Virus record (IMG/VR): IMGVR_UViG_3300039366_000017
Origin: a virus
Direction: 5' to 3' (one strand)
DNA length: 44,399 nucleotides
Below the pieces are notes generated by a model. It was not told the DNA's origin. It worked only from the letters and a program-made list of their open reading frames with translations, and did no database searches. The translations under genes were made by a program, and so were the position numbers. Shown piece after piece: positions 7,569 to 17,699 of the stretch (position 1 is the stretch's first letter; every line of letters starts with the position of its first letter).

Positions 7569-8831
7569 TTAATTTGCGTAGCCTGCGGCACGGAAGCCTG
7601 CGAGGGAGTTACCTATGAACCAAGAGAGGGAGACACTACGGCACCAAACGCCAGCCTCATTGCCGTTACTATAGTTACCAGCGGCGAACACATCATGGGT
7701 AGGATCGTTACTGAACAACGACAAGTCATTACCAAACAATTCCGTACCTTGTGTACTCGCGCCTCCCGACACAGGTAATACGCCGCACAAGGCACGCCTT
7801 GCGCCAGAGGTTTCGGTAGGAAACACGCAGTTAGAGCCACTACCCCAACGCGGGTTTGTGTCAGAAAAGCCGCTTACTGAATCAAAATCAGAAAGTTCGC
7901 CATAGGTAGTTGGAGTGAAATTGTGCATCTTGCACGCCTCCTTTACAACCCCAACCGTTCCAGAAGTTTCATATAGCATCAACCCTAAGAGAGGTTGCCA
8001 CATACAGCCGTTCACATCAGCAACGCCGCAAGCCTGACCGTTGTGAGTGGTTTTTGCGAACGGAGTGCCCGAGCCTGTCCTACCAAAGGACTCATTCTGC
8101 AAATGGGGGGTGAATGTCACGCTAGAATCGTTGATATCTTTCGTGTAACGGTTGCTTCCCTTGGGGAAGTTGTATACGTAGTTGGCATCGTACCACGCAC
8201 AATTCTCTACAGACGTAGCCGCTTGCCCATGTGCCAAGGACAGCATAGACAGTGCACTCCATTGAAAAACGGACATACAGGCATATGCCTCACCACGGGC
8301 GCGGCTTAGATTGATGGCGTCGCCGCAGACACCGTAACAGCCAGCCATGCTAGAGGATTTTTCGTACATGCTGCTGAGCGAAATCTGATTCCCACCCTTC
8401 ACCGACACCGCGATATTCTCATCTTTTGCGTACTTAGAACACAGGTACTTGTCTACGAAAAAGCCAAACTTCTGTACGCCCCCATCAATGAATGCCCTAT
8501 GTAGGATCCACCCGTCACCTTCTCCCAAAGAGGCGTCCCTTATTTCTAGAGCATTGGCGCCGTCTCTAGAGTACGAAGGGGCACTAGTGTTTCCAATTCT
8601 ATAGCAGAACGCAGGGATAAACACCATTACAGAACCATTAAGGTGTATATAGTTCCCGTAATTAGCACTAGTGGGGTCTTCACAGCCCTCCATCGGATAC
8701 AACTCAATGCGAGCAAGATCAGTAGGATCACCACTATAGACCCCTACACCAAACCCCTGTTGTCCTGCTTTACCAATATTTTGCTTAATCTCCTTAGCAC
8801 CCATGAGCAACAACAGTGCATTATTATCCAT
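7569..8831 (-). CDS. Distal tail / receptor-binding candidate with a C-type-lectin (FGE-like) style C-terminus (420 aa)
   Basis: Visibly GC-richer than its neighbours. The C-terminus AAGNYSNGNEAGVWCRSVSLSWFIGNSLAGFRAAGY resembles the G-x-W/Y..G..AG...R...GFR-x-A ending of FGE/CLec-fold proteins. It lies downstream of the fibre chaperone. Confidence 0.5.
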   Translation of the reverse strand: MDNNALLLLMGAKEIKQNIGKAGQQGFGVGVYSGDPTDLARIELYPMEGCEDPTSANYGNYIHLNGSVMVFIPAFCYRIGNTSAPSYSRDGANALEIRDASLGEGDGWILHRAFIDGGVQKFGFFVDKYLCSKYAKDENIAVSVKGGNQISLSSMYEKSSSMAGCYGVCGDAINLSRARGEAYACMSVFQWSALSMLSLAHGQAATSVENCAWYDANYVYNFPKGSNRYTKDINDSSVTFTPHLQNESFGRTGSGTPFAKTTHNGQACGVADVNGCMWQPLLGLMLYETSGTVGVVKEACKMHNFTPTTYGELSDFDSVSGFSDTNPRWGSGSNCVFPTETSGARRALCGVLPVSGGASTQGTELFGNDLSLFSNDPTHDVFAAGNYSNGNEAGVWCRSVSLSWFIGNSLAGFRAAGYAN

Positions 8832-8833
8832 CC

Positions 8834-9259
8834 TTAGATCCCCACTTTAGCCAACCCAATGCCCACAGTCTCTTCAGTATCCTCACAGAACACTCTAGGC
8901 TCCACAGGCCACTTAACATCCCTAGGGAACCCACTCTGAAGTGTGATGTCTCTAAGAGCCTTTCTGTAGTTCTTAACGACCTCAAGAGTCTCAGGATCAG
9001 CAGGATAGTCAGGCATCATGTACCAGTCTGTCTCTTCGAGCTTACGGTCTCTTTCATCACGTATCTGTCTAGCAAGCTCTTCGTCAGTGGGTTCATAAGG
9101 AGGGGTAACAGGATCAGGGACCATCACCTCAGTAACACCAAACTGTTCCTTAACGAGATCATCCCATGCACCAAAGACCACTCTATCAGTTTCCCAGATA
9201 TCCTTACGGATATCCGAGAGCCAGTCGTACTGCTTACCTTTGTATTCATATTTAATCAT
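8834..9259 (-). CDS. Tail fibre assembly chaperone (Tfa-like)
   Basis: ...ARQIRDERDRKLEETDWYMMPDYP...VKNYRKALRDI is the typical Tfa C-terminal pattern. It lies immediately after the fibre genes. Confidence 0.65.
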   Translation of the reverse strand: MIKYEYKGKQYDWLSDIRKDIWETDRVVFGAWDDLVKEQFGVTEVMVPDPVTPPYEPTDEELARQIRDERDRKLEETDWYMMPDYPADPETLEVVKNYRKALRDITLQSGFPRDVKWPVEPRVFCEDTEETVGIGLAKVGI

Positions 9260-9261
9260 GA

Positions 9262-9921
9262 TTATGCAACTCCTGCTATGATACCTGCAATGCCTTTATC
9301 CTGATTCCAGTGGCACACAAGAAGACACGGATACTTAAGTTTAGGAGCTTCACCACCGACCCAAGACCAATTAGTTCCAAGAGTCACAGTACCTGCAGAC
9401 AGCTTAACAACCTTAGTCCAAGTCTGTCCAGTTGCACCATTGGCAACCGTAACGTCCGCAGAGGCATACAGAGAGTCGCCTGACGTAGCATTTACCGTGC
9501 GACCAGTAGCACTAGTAGAGTAACCCGCAAGAGCGCCTCTATTGCCACTCTTAGGGATAGCATTGGAAGCCTGAGTGCTAGCACTGTTAAGGGCCTCCTG
9601 AAGACCAGTAACATTAGCGATAGTATGCGTATGGGAGCTATTAGCCTTACCCGCAAGACCACTAGTAAGAGCGCTAGTCGTAGCATAGTCACCCTTAGGC
9701 TGCTTCTTAGTAAGCTCAGTATCCACATAAGTCTTATCAGCTTTACCAGAGATATCAGGAATATCAGTCCTGTTAGCAAGTTCCGTAGTGGTACCTGCAG
9801 TACCACTAAGAACATGCAGATGCTTGGTATCCGTAGCATACGCTAGGACACCATTGTGCCCTGCATAGCCCTTGATTTGGGCTTCAGTGCCCGTAATTTG
9901 TTTTCGCTCCTTAATAACCAT
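9262..9921 (-). CDS. Second tail fibre protein (219 aa)
   Basis: The N-terminus KQITGTEAQIKGYAGHNGVLAYATDTKHLHVLSG resembles the Mtd-N/fibre N-domain pattern. It also has a SHTHTIANVTGLQEAL fibre repeat. Confidence 0.6.
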   Translation of the reverse strand: MVIKERKQITGTEAQIKGYAGHNGVLAYATDTKHLHVLSGTAGTTTELANRTDIPDISGKADKTYVDTELTKKQPKGDYATTSALTSGLAGKANSSHTHTIANVTGLQEALNSASTQASNAIPKSGNRGALAGYSTSATGRTVNATSGDSLYASADVTVANGATGQTWTKVVKLSAGTVTLGTNWSWVGGEAPKLKYPCLLVCHWNQDKGIAGIIAGVA

Positions 9922-9922
9922 A

Positions 9923-12256
9923 TTAAGAACCTAAATCTCCATAATCAATGAAACCATTAAAGGTCGTAATATCCAACTTCTTAGCAAGACCTGCATTAAC
10001 AGTAGTCGTATCAGCTTTAGCACTGAGTTTACTGTTCACATCAGTAGTCTTTGCGTAAGGGGCTAGTGTCGTAGTAAGATCCGTAATCTGAGACACGGTA
10101 TGCGTATGACTCGCAGGAGCCTTACCTGCCAACGCAGTATCAAGCCCAGTAATCTGTGTCGTAGTGTGCGTATGCGAGAGGTTAGCTTTCTTAGCTAGTT
10201 CAGCAGTAAGAGTGCTACCAAGAACATACACGGAGAGATCAGGAGTACCCGTAACCTCAGTGTACGCGATACTGTTCTTACTAGCCAACGTACCAAGCGT
10301 AGGCTTGTTCTTGATAAACGCCTTAGACGTACTGTCAGTCTCAGCCCAGTCAGAGTTAATCTGGCCACTAGCGGCTTGGTCGGCATAACCCTTAGCGAGA
10401 TCAGCTTGTTTCTTGGCTTCAACTTCAGAATCCTTAGCGTTAGTCTCAGAGGTACCCGCCGCAGTCTTAGACAAAGCCGCATTATCCTCAGAGAGCTTAG
10501 CCGCCTTAGCACTATTGCTAGCCGCAGTAGCCTGAGCAGTAGAGGTGCTTGCACTATTAGCCGCATTGGTGGCACTAGCCTTAGCCTTAGTGGCATCAGC
10601 GTTAGCCGCAGTAGCACTATCCTCAGCCTCGCTAGCCTTCGTCGTAGCAAGGGTTGCCTGCTGTGTAGCGATGGTAGCCTGAGCTTTAGCTAAGTTAACC
10701 TGCTTGGTGCCTTCAGTGGTGACACTACCAACTTGCTTAGTGCCCTCAGCAGTAACTGCATTAACGCTAGTCGTCTGTTGAGCCTTCACAGCATTAACAC
10801 TGGTAGTACCCTGAGCACTCACAAGACCAACCTGCTTTCCCCCTTCACTAGTGATTTTACCAAGCTCAGTAGAAGCGGTATCTGTGATGGATTTTACTTG
10901 TTTAGCACCCTCGGTCGTGATTTCATTAAGGGTGGCAGCACCTTCAGTAGCGCTTTCCTTAGCCTTATTAGCATAATACTTAGAAGAGTATTCAGAGCCA
11001 TCCACAGTACCCGTAGTCTTGTTAGCCCAATCCTTAGCAAGATCTCTAGCAGAAATTGAGTCTGCCTTTAGGCCCTCCATGGTGGTGATTGTTTCAGGAA
11101 TCTTGTTGATTTCCGTAGCAACCTTCTTAACATCTTCAATGTTAGAGCCTACCTGCCTAACTTCAGTAATGTTGTCTGACACATTCTTGATGTTACCGCC
11201 AGTAATAATAGGAAGGACACCCCCAGTATTACCTAGATCACCATAGTCCTCAAAGATGGAGGTACTAAGGGAACCCTCAAGGTCATTACCAACGATGTTA
11301 ATATTATTGATGTTTCTAGAATCAGTAACTACATGGTCAATGTTTTCAGCTACGATACGGATCTCATCAGCAACAGGGACAACGACCTCTGCAACCTCTT
11401 CTACTCTATCTGCGTTAGCCTTAGCAGAGACTTCAGAAGCCTTAGCGTTCTCCTCAGACTCCTTAGCCTTAACTTCAGAAGCCTTAGCGTTCTCCTCAGA
11501 CACTTTAGCTTCATCAGCCTTTTGAGTAGCAATTACAGCATTATCATAAGCATTCCTCTCAGAGGTTTTAATACTGGTTTGTAGCTGTTGAGCCTCTTCA
11601 AGGATTGCTTGGTTCTCTGTCTTGACAGCATCAGCATGCTTAGCCGCAGATACTGCAGTACCCGCAGAAGCCTTAGCGGTTACCTCAGACTCCTTAGCCT
11701 TAACTTCAGAAGCCTTAGCGTTCTCCTCAGAGACCTTAGCGGCATCCCTAGCGGCCTCAGCATCAAGCTTAGCCTGATAGGCGCCCTTAGCATCAGTCTT
11801 ATAGACCCCATAGGTTACAGCATCAGAGTCAGCTACAGGAGTACCTACATTGACGATACGTTTACCCTTAGCGTCCCAGTTTCCCTCTCGGTTGACACTA
11901 AGGGAATCCTCAAGGATATCTCGACCTTCTTCAGCGATATGAAATGCCTGCACCTGAGACGTATCCAAATCAGTAGCCTTAAGAATGGAGGCATCCTTAA
12001 AGGTGACTACTCGTTCAGTAGCTGAGGTATATCTTCGGATTGTTAAGGATTCTCCTGATGAAGGAGCTACCTTAAGTCTAATCGTAGTTTTATCTAGGAA
12101 GTAATAGTCACTGCCGGTATCACCATAGTCACCCCCAGTAAGAGTAGTGCCAGCGCCTAATCGTACAGTAACGAAAGACTTCTTTAGATAATCAAAGGGA
12201 ATGGGGAAGTCTGTTCTTGTACCGTCCCCTTCGTAAAGGATAATAGTGGAAGCCAT
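9923..12256 (-). CDS. Tail fibre (T7 gp17-like N-terminal adaptor, repetitive coiled shaft)
   Basis: The N-terminus MASTIILYEGDGTRTDFPIPFDYLKKSFVTVRL...RRYTSATERVVTFKDASILKATDL matches the T7 gp17 N-domain pattern. It has SHTHT..QITGL repeats at the C-terminus. Confidence 0.85.
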   Translation of the reverse strand: MASTIILYEGDGTRTDFPIPFDYLKKSFVTVRLGAGTTLTGGDYGDTGSDYYFLDKTTIRLKVAPSSGESLTIRRYTSATERVVTFKDASILKATDLDTSQVQAFHIAEEGRDILEDSLSVNREGNWDAKGKRIVNVGTPVADSDAVTYGVYKTDAKGAYQAKLDAEAARDAAKVSEENAKASEVKAKESEVTAKASAGTAVSAAKHADAVKTENQAILEEAQQLQTSIKTSERNAYDNAVIATQKADEAKVSEENAKASEVKAKESEENAKASEVSAKANADRVEEVAEVVVPVADEIRIVAENIDHVVTDSRNINNINIVGNDLEGSLSTSIFEDYGDLGNTGGVLPIITGGNIKNVSDNITEVRQVGSNIEDVKKVATEINKIPETITTMEGLKADSISARDLAKDWANKTTGTVDGSEYSSKYYANKAKESATEGAATLNEITTEGAKQVKSITDTASTELGKITSEGGKQVGLVSAQGTTSVNAVKAQQTTSVNAVTAEGTKQVGSVTTEGTKQVNLAKAQATIATQQATLATTKASEAEDSATAANADATKAKASATNAANSASTSTAQATAASNSAKAAKLSEDNAALSKTAAGTSETNAKDSEVEAKKQADLAKGYADQAASGQINSDWAETDSTSKAFIKNKPTLGTLASKNSIAYTEVTGTPDLSVYVLGSTLTAELAKKANLSHTHTTTQITGLDTALAGKAPASHTHTVSQITDLTTTLAPYAKTTDVNSKLSAKADTTTVNAGLAKKLDITTFNGFIDYGDLGS

Positions 12257-15200
12257 TATTGGTTGTCTGTAATAAAGTTAATCATAGTTTGTTGTAGATA
12301 GGGGGCATTTGGAGTAATAGCTTTAATGCTCCTTCCAAAGCTCTTAGCAACCCTCTCACGTTCTCTGTTAGTGTAGAGTGATTTGTTCATGAACTTAGTC
12401 TCTGCAAGGTTTCTAGCGTCTGCCTGAAGGTTCCATAGTCCACTAATGGTGCCATAAGCAGGAAGCAATTGCCTAGCCCACTCATCTAAATCAAAGTGCT
12501 TAGCAAAGTCCTTTCTATTGACGTCCTCAAAGGTAGTCGTAGATTTAATGCCTGTATTGAACCCTGCCATATTAGCAATTAGAGCAGGCATAGCAAAGAC
12601 ACTAGATCTCATGATACCGTTAAGGCCCACCATAGCTAACTCTTTAGCACCCATCTTATTCCAAGAATCAACCCCTAAAGAATACTTAAGGTAATTCTTG
12701 CGTTGCTCATCGTTCATACCAGACATAGCTAAACCAGACTGACCAATGTAACCTGCAGTACCTAAAGCACCTGACAGAGCAACCGTAAGGAACTGCCCTA
12801 ATGCATCCCCTTCAGCGGCTCTTAGGGCACTCTTTGCTAACCTCTTGTTGTACGAACGAACAGCAAAAGATTTGAACTGAGTAAGAAGGTTCATCCAAGG
12901 AGACTTTTGATTGCCTCTCCATAGGAAGGTATCTGTTAAGTTATCTCTTTGGATAACCTCACTAGCTACGTAGTCCCCAAGTCTTCTGAGGGTCATGAGA
13001 TTATTCATATCCCTTTCGATCAAATCAAAGTATTCCTGATCTTTGATCTTAATGCCCCCCTCAGGGGTAACTTCAGTAGAGTTCTTAAGAGCCTTCACTA
13101 AGTTAGAGAATCTTTTATCTGCCTTAAGACCTAATCGGTTCAACACAGAATCACTAAGGAACATACCTCTCTTACCTCCTTCATGAGCATACCTCACAAG
13201 GTCTCCTAAGAAGTCCCCTCGTGCAGTGCTCACAATAGAGTTCTGAGAGTGTGCTAGATATCTTGTGAAAGGAGAGTTACCAGCGGCATATGCAGTACCT
13301 GCAACAACCTTAGCCATCCCTACATGCAGAGGGTCAGTCTTGTTTCGAGTGTATCTTTCAATATTTCTATTGTTGATTTCTCTCCAAGTCTGTCGTCTCT
13401 GTAGTTCATTGCCAAACACCTGATTGAGGATAGCGTGCCTATCATCGGCAGTGTAGACACCCTTAGACCAATCTGCTAACTTACGTTCTACCCCGGGAAT
13501 ACTCTTGATAATGAAAGAAGCCCCAAATCCTTTAATAGCTTCAGCAGTCTCAAAGTGATTCAAGAAACCCATAAAGGCATTCTTAGTGAAGAACGTAAGG
13601 TTCCTAGCAACATCATAGAATGCAGATGCTACAGTGTCCCCCTCATTAGGGTCTCTCATAGAGCGGCCATAGTAATCAGCAAAGTATGCCCTTAGTGCCT
13701 CTGTCTGCTCATTCTTAGTCTTTAGGTTAATCTCAGATTTACCTAGGTCATTCAAAAGATCATCAAAGTATCTTTCAGCATCCTTGTAGCTAGTGACTCC
13801 GAACACTTTATTAAGACCTAAATCCCCTGAGACCCTTAAGGTATACCCTTGCATAGTATCAAAGGAATCAGCCTGTAGTTTGTCTACAGAGAAACCATCA
13901 GTGTCCTCAATAGTGAACTTCCAAGGCAATCTGCTCTTTTGATAGTTATAACTAAAGCCCCCATCAGCATCATTAAGGAAGCCTTTGCGGATCCCCTCGC
14001 CTTGATCAAGATGACCTAAGGCATCACTATTGGCTTCTTTAGTTACCCATTCTTCAAACGTAGGAACACTCTTAGGAACTTTATTAGGGGCATCCTCTGC
14101 AAGCTTCTCTGCAGGTTTGACAATAGTATCATCATAAATCTTTTGGAACTGCTTAAGAACTTTAGGATCATCAAGAGACCGCAACAAGAGATTAGCAATC
14201 TTCTCTTTAGCAAGCTTGATGTTGCCTAATCTTGAGGCTGAACCAAAGGAATCAACAAAGTCTGCAGCCTTTTTAAAGGAGACAATGTGAGGGAAGTAGT
14301 CTTCGACACCTTTAATCATCTTGCCGTTGACAAGAGCACCTCCATAGAAATTATAGAATCCTTGGTACTCTTTAACAGCATTCTGAAAGTTCTTTGAGGA
14401 ATCTAAAGGTGTTTCATTGCCTTCAACCTTTTGTTTAATCAGGTGGTCAAGGTCTTCATAAGAGTACTGATTGTTGTACTCATTGAATAACTTTTGACGA
14501 TAATCAAAGTACGAATCGCTGTACTCTCTGCCTTTGTCTCTATAGAAATTTCTATATTCCTCTGCAGTGAACTTATCAGTGCTGAACTGCTGACCTGTAG
14601 ATCTGTCGCCTCGCTCAGATTTACCTAAGCGATCCCAAACGTTCTCCTTAAATGCCTTAGATCCTAATGTATCCGGTAGTTTGTCTATAGCACCTTGAAC
14701 AGTGATTGATGGAAGCTTTGATTCAATCTTAGTGAGAAGATCATTAATGATACCTTTAGGGGCCTCCTTAGTGATTGCCTCCTCACCCTTCTCAGCAAAG
14801 TTCTTTACTTGAATTGTGGCACGTCTCGAAACATCCCCAAGAGGTTCACCAATGCTTTTCTTAGCTCCCCCTAAGAGCTTAGCAGCTCCTTCTATAGTGC
14901 CCCCAAAGGCCATCCCGATTCCGAAGTCCATGAAAGCACTGTTGTCATCCCCCATAGACCAATTATCAAGCTGACCTGAGACTGCCCCAGAGACTGCCCC
15001 TAGCCCAACTCTAGCAACTAAAGAACCTCCCCCTACAGGTGTATATGACAAAGGATCACCTGCCATAGAACCTGCACCTGACAATAGGTTATTCCATATG
15101 GAGGCATAAGACTGCTTCTTACGATAGTCATCTACCTCCTTCATGAGTGCTACATTCAAGTCAAACTGTGCTTTGTTCTGAGCACCCCAAAGAGCACTAT

Positions 15201-15534
15201 TGTATCTGTCTAGGTTATAATCAAACAACTCTAATATAGAGGTACGCTCAGCATCTGTAGGAGTATATGCAGGGGGACTAAAGAAATCATAGTTACCCCC
15301 AAGATACTTTTGGACTTCTTTAGGTGCCCATGTATTCCAAAAGCCCCCTACAAAGCCTACATCAGTATCAGCTTCCTCTTCTTTTCTCTTTTGTTCTTCC
15401 TGTTGATGGGCATTGAATTCAGCCTTTTGATACTCAGTAAAAGTGCTTACTTGATCAACACCTGACAAGGAATTCAAAGCTTTATCTGAAGAGGAGACAA
15501 AAGGGTTTCTAGTGGTTACTTCGTTGTCTGCCAT
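12256..15534 (-). CDS. Internal virion (ejection) protein, gp16 position (1092 aa)
   Basis: Size and synteny between the gp15-like gene and the fibre. TAATG coupling to the fibre gene. Confidence 0.6.
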   Translation of the reverse strand: MADNEVTTRNPFVSSSDKALNSLSGVDQVSTFTEYQKAEFNAHQQEEQKRKEEEADTDVGFVGGFWNTWAPKEVQKYLGGNYDFFSPPAYTPTDAERTSILELFDYNLDRYNSALWGAQNKAQFDLNVALMKEVDDYRKKQSYASIWNNLLSGAGSMAGDPLSYTPVGGGSLVARVGLGAVSGAVSGQLDNWSMGDDNSAFMDFGIGMAFGGTIEGAAKLLGGAKKSIGEPLGDVSRRATIQVKNFAEKGEEAITKEAPKGIINDLLTKIESKLPSITVQGAIDKLPDTLGSKAFKENVWDRLGKSERGDRSTGQQFSTDKFTAEEYRNFYRDKGREYSDSYFDYRQKLFNEYNNQYSYEDLDHLIKQKVEGNETPLDSSKNFQNAVKEYQGFYNFYGGALVNGKMIKGVEDYFPHIVSFKKAADFVDSFGSASRLGNIKLAKEKIANLLLRSLDDPKVLKQFQKIYDDTIVKPAEKLAEDAPNKVPKSVPTFEEWVTKEANSDALGHLDQGEGIRKGFLNDADGGFSYNYQKSRLPWKFTIEDTDGFSVDKLQADSFDTMQGYTLRVSGDLGLNKVFGVTSYKDAERYFDDLLNDLGKSEINLKTKNEQTEALRAYFADYYGRSMRDPNEGDTVASAFYDVARNLTFFTKNAFMGFLNHFETAEAIKGFGASFIIKSIPGVERKLADWSKGVYTADDRHAILNQVFGNELQRRQTWREINNRNIERYTRNKTDPLHVGMAKVVAGTAYAAGNSPFTRYLAHSQNSIVSTARGDFLGDLVRYAHEGGKRGMFLSDSVLNRLGLKADKRFSNLVKALKNSTEVTPEGGIKIKDQEYFDLIERDMNNLMTLRRLGDYVASEVIQRDNLTDTFLWRGNQKSPWMNLLTQFKSFAVRSYNKRLAKSALRAAEGDALGQFLTVALSGALGTAGYIGQSGLAMSGMNDEQRKNYLKYSLGVDSWNKMGAKELAMVGLNGIMRSSVFAMPALIANMAGFNTGIKSTTTFEDVNRKDFAKHFDLDEWARQLLPAYGTISGLWNLQADARNLAETKFMNKSLYTNRERERVAKSFGRSIKAITPNAPYLQQTMINFITDNQ

Positions 15535-17699
15535 GTATCAATACCTTCAGTTCTCTCGTTCCACTTTCGATTAGCCTCATGAGCCTTAATAATCCACTGC
15601 TGTCCATAAGTCTTAGCAGGATTCTTAGCACGTTCATCAATGTAACTCTTGTAGCTGTCATTAATGAACTTATTGTCTACTCTAAACTTAACACGGCCAT
15701 TAGTGATATCATAGACGTCTAAGGTATCTGTCTGAGGGTTATACCCAACAATAACGTCCTTATCAACAGTCCATTTGTTCTTCTCAAAGGCTGCCTCAAG
15801 TAACTTTTCAGTGTACTCCTGAACATCACTAAAGGAAGCGTTAGGGACACTAAAGAGACTATTGGGAATATAGGAGCCCATTAGTTTGACATTAGATTCC
15901 TCCATATCCTTCTTAGCTTTGTCTATAGCATCACTCATATCCTCATTAAAGTATGAGTAACTCAGAGCTTTGTTGAAAGCAACAGTCTTAGAGTACTTAT
16001 CGTTGAACGAGATATCGAGATCATTAGAGATATTATCCTGCATAGCCTGAATGGTGTGTCTACCAGCAGCAGTAGAGGATAGCTCTTGGTATCTTGAGGC
16101 CGCCCTAATGCAGTCCTCATAGGAGGAACCTGTTGAAATACTGTTCACTAAAGCTCTGACTAAGTTTTGCTCATAAGGCTTCATATCACCAAAGGCTAAC
16201 TCAAAGCTATCTGGGTGAGCCTTATAGAGAGACAGAACCATATCTAACTGTTGGGGAGCTTTTACATTAGCTACCTTAGATTCAGTTAACTTACGAACAT
16301 CCCCAGTGAGGACACTCATTACTTTCTTAGCTTCTGCACTAAGGTAAGCTTTAGCAGGATTATAGCCACCTGATGGGTTTGAAGCAATCTGAAAGATATC
16401 CTCAGTAGTGTACACGCCTGATTCAACGTTATTAGTAAAGAGCTTATCTAAGTCTTTACTAGTCAAATCAAGGATATCAGGTTTATAGACAACCCCGCCT
16501 GTCTTTAGGGCATCTAGATAAAGGTTACCATTCTGAAGAGTAGCAGCATCCTTAGCTTGTTTCTCAGCATCCCTATTGGCTTGAGCAATCAATCTATCTG
16601 CCTGAGTTCGTGCCCTCTGGCCTGCCTGAATGAGCCACTTATAGCGGTCACTAAGGGCACCCCCAGAACTCTGGGCTTCCCACTGAGCCATCTCATCAAT
16701 GGTCTGGTAGTTGCCCTCATTAACGAATGCTTCTACTCGTCTATGATCTTCGCCCCAGACCTCAGCATCCCTAGTCCACATAGTAGCTCTAGCCTGTGCC
16801 TTAGCTTTGCCCCAAGCAAGCTCACCCATGATGTTCTTAAGACTCTCCCCGTTCTTAGCATAGGGAGGAGTATAGTCACCCAACTGTTCGAGCAGCTGAA
16901 CACCATCGGATCTGCTAGCCACCATAGTGAGCATGTTGTCAATCAGCTGCTTCTGTTGATCAGGGGTATAGTGGACGCCTACAGTATCGTAGACCTGATC
17001 AAAGACTCCTACAATGCTCTTATAGTTAGCATTAGGATCATTAATGAGTGCACTAAAGTTAGCTGATTCTGCTAAGATGGATGCCTGAGTTTTCTCATTG
17101 TTGTCTACTGCCTGAGCTTTAGCAATGAACCCTACACGACCCTGAGGAGAAGTCTCATAGAAGCCCCTGCGGAAGTACTCATCAGAATCATCATACCCAA
17201 AGGCTTCCAACATATCACTCTTAGATTCTTGGAAGTATCTAAAAGCCTCAGCATCAATCTGCTCAGGAGGCATATCCTTAAGCAGATTCTTGTCGATAAC
17301 CTCTCTCTCAAAGTCCTGCTTAGCAATGGAGTAAGCCATCTTGCCATGCATGTACTTGAGACGAGACATAGCAATAGGGTCATCTTGGAATGGCACTGCA
17401 TGATCCTGAATATCTCTTTGGTAATCCTCAAGAGAATGCTGTTGCAGGTACTCATCAACAAGCTTATTCTTTCTATCAGTCTCAGATTTAAAGTAGTCCT
17501 CAGTAGCTCTACCGATACCCTTAAAGGCGTGCATTAATGATTCAGCCCAGTTGCGTTCCTCAGGCTGAACAGTCTTCTCAGGGATGTTTAATGAGGCACC
17601 TTTATATGACCCTAGTTTAGCTAAGCTAGAATTGAAGTACCTCCAAGTCCCCATCTCGTTAGCAATGGATGAAGTACCTGCTGTATTCTTATAAGCCAT
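15516..17699 (-). CDS. Internal virion protein, gp15 position (727 aa)
   Basis: Size and synteny only. Confidence 0.6.
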   Translation of the reverse strand: MAYKNTAGTSSIANEMGTWRYFNSSLAKLGSYKGASLNIPEKTVQPEERNWAESLMHAFKGIGRATEDYFKSETDRKNKLVDEYLQQHSLEDYQRDIQDHAVPFQDDPIAMSRLKYMHGKMAYSIAKQDFEREVIDKNLLKDMPPEQIDAEAFRYFQESKSDMLEAFGYDDSDEYFRRGFYETSPQGRVGFIAKAQAVDNNEKTQASILAESANFSALINDPNANYKSIVGVFDQVYDTVGVHYTPDQQKQLIDNMLTMVASRSDGVQLLEQLGDYTPPYAKNGESLKNIMGELAWGKAKAQARATMWTRDAEVWGEDHRRVEAFVNEGNYQTIDEMAQWEAQSSGGALSDRYKWLIQAGQRARTQADRLIAQANRDAEKQAKDAATLQNGNLYLDALKTGGVVYKPDILDLTSKDLDKLFTNNVESGVYTTEDIFQIASNPSGGYNPAKAYLSAEAKKVMSVLTGDVRKLTESKVANVKAPQQLDMVLSLYKAHPDSFELAFGDMKPYEQNLVRALVNSISTGSSYEDCIRAASRYQELSSTAAGRHTIQAMQDNISNDLDISFNDKYSKTVAFNKALSYSYFNEDMSDAIDKAKKDMEESNVKLMGSYIPNSLFSVPNASFSDVQEYTEKLLEAAFEKNKWTVDKDVIVGYNPQTDTLDVYDITNGRVKFRVDNKFINDSYKSYIDERAKNPAKTYGQQWIIKAHEANRKWNERTEGIDTWQTTK

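Noticed and set aside
7569-8831. A complete diversity-generating retroelement (DGR).
   Set aside because: No reverse transcriptase-like ORF exists anywhere in the 44-kb genome, and no template-repeat copy of the 3' end was noticed. Only the scaffold resemblance remains, and it is reported as a finding.
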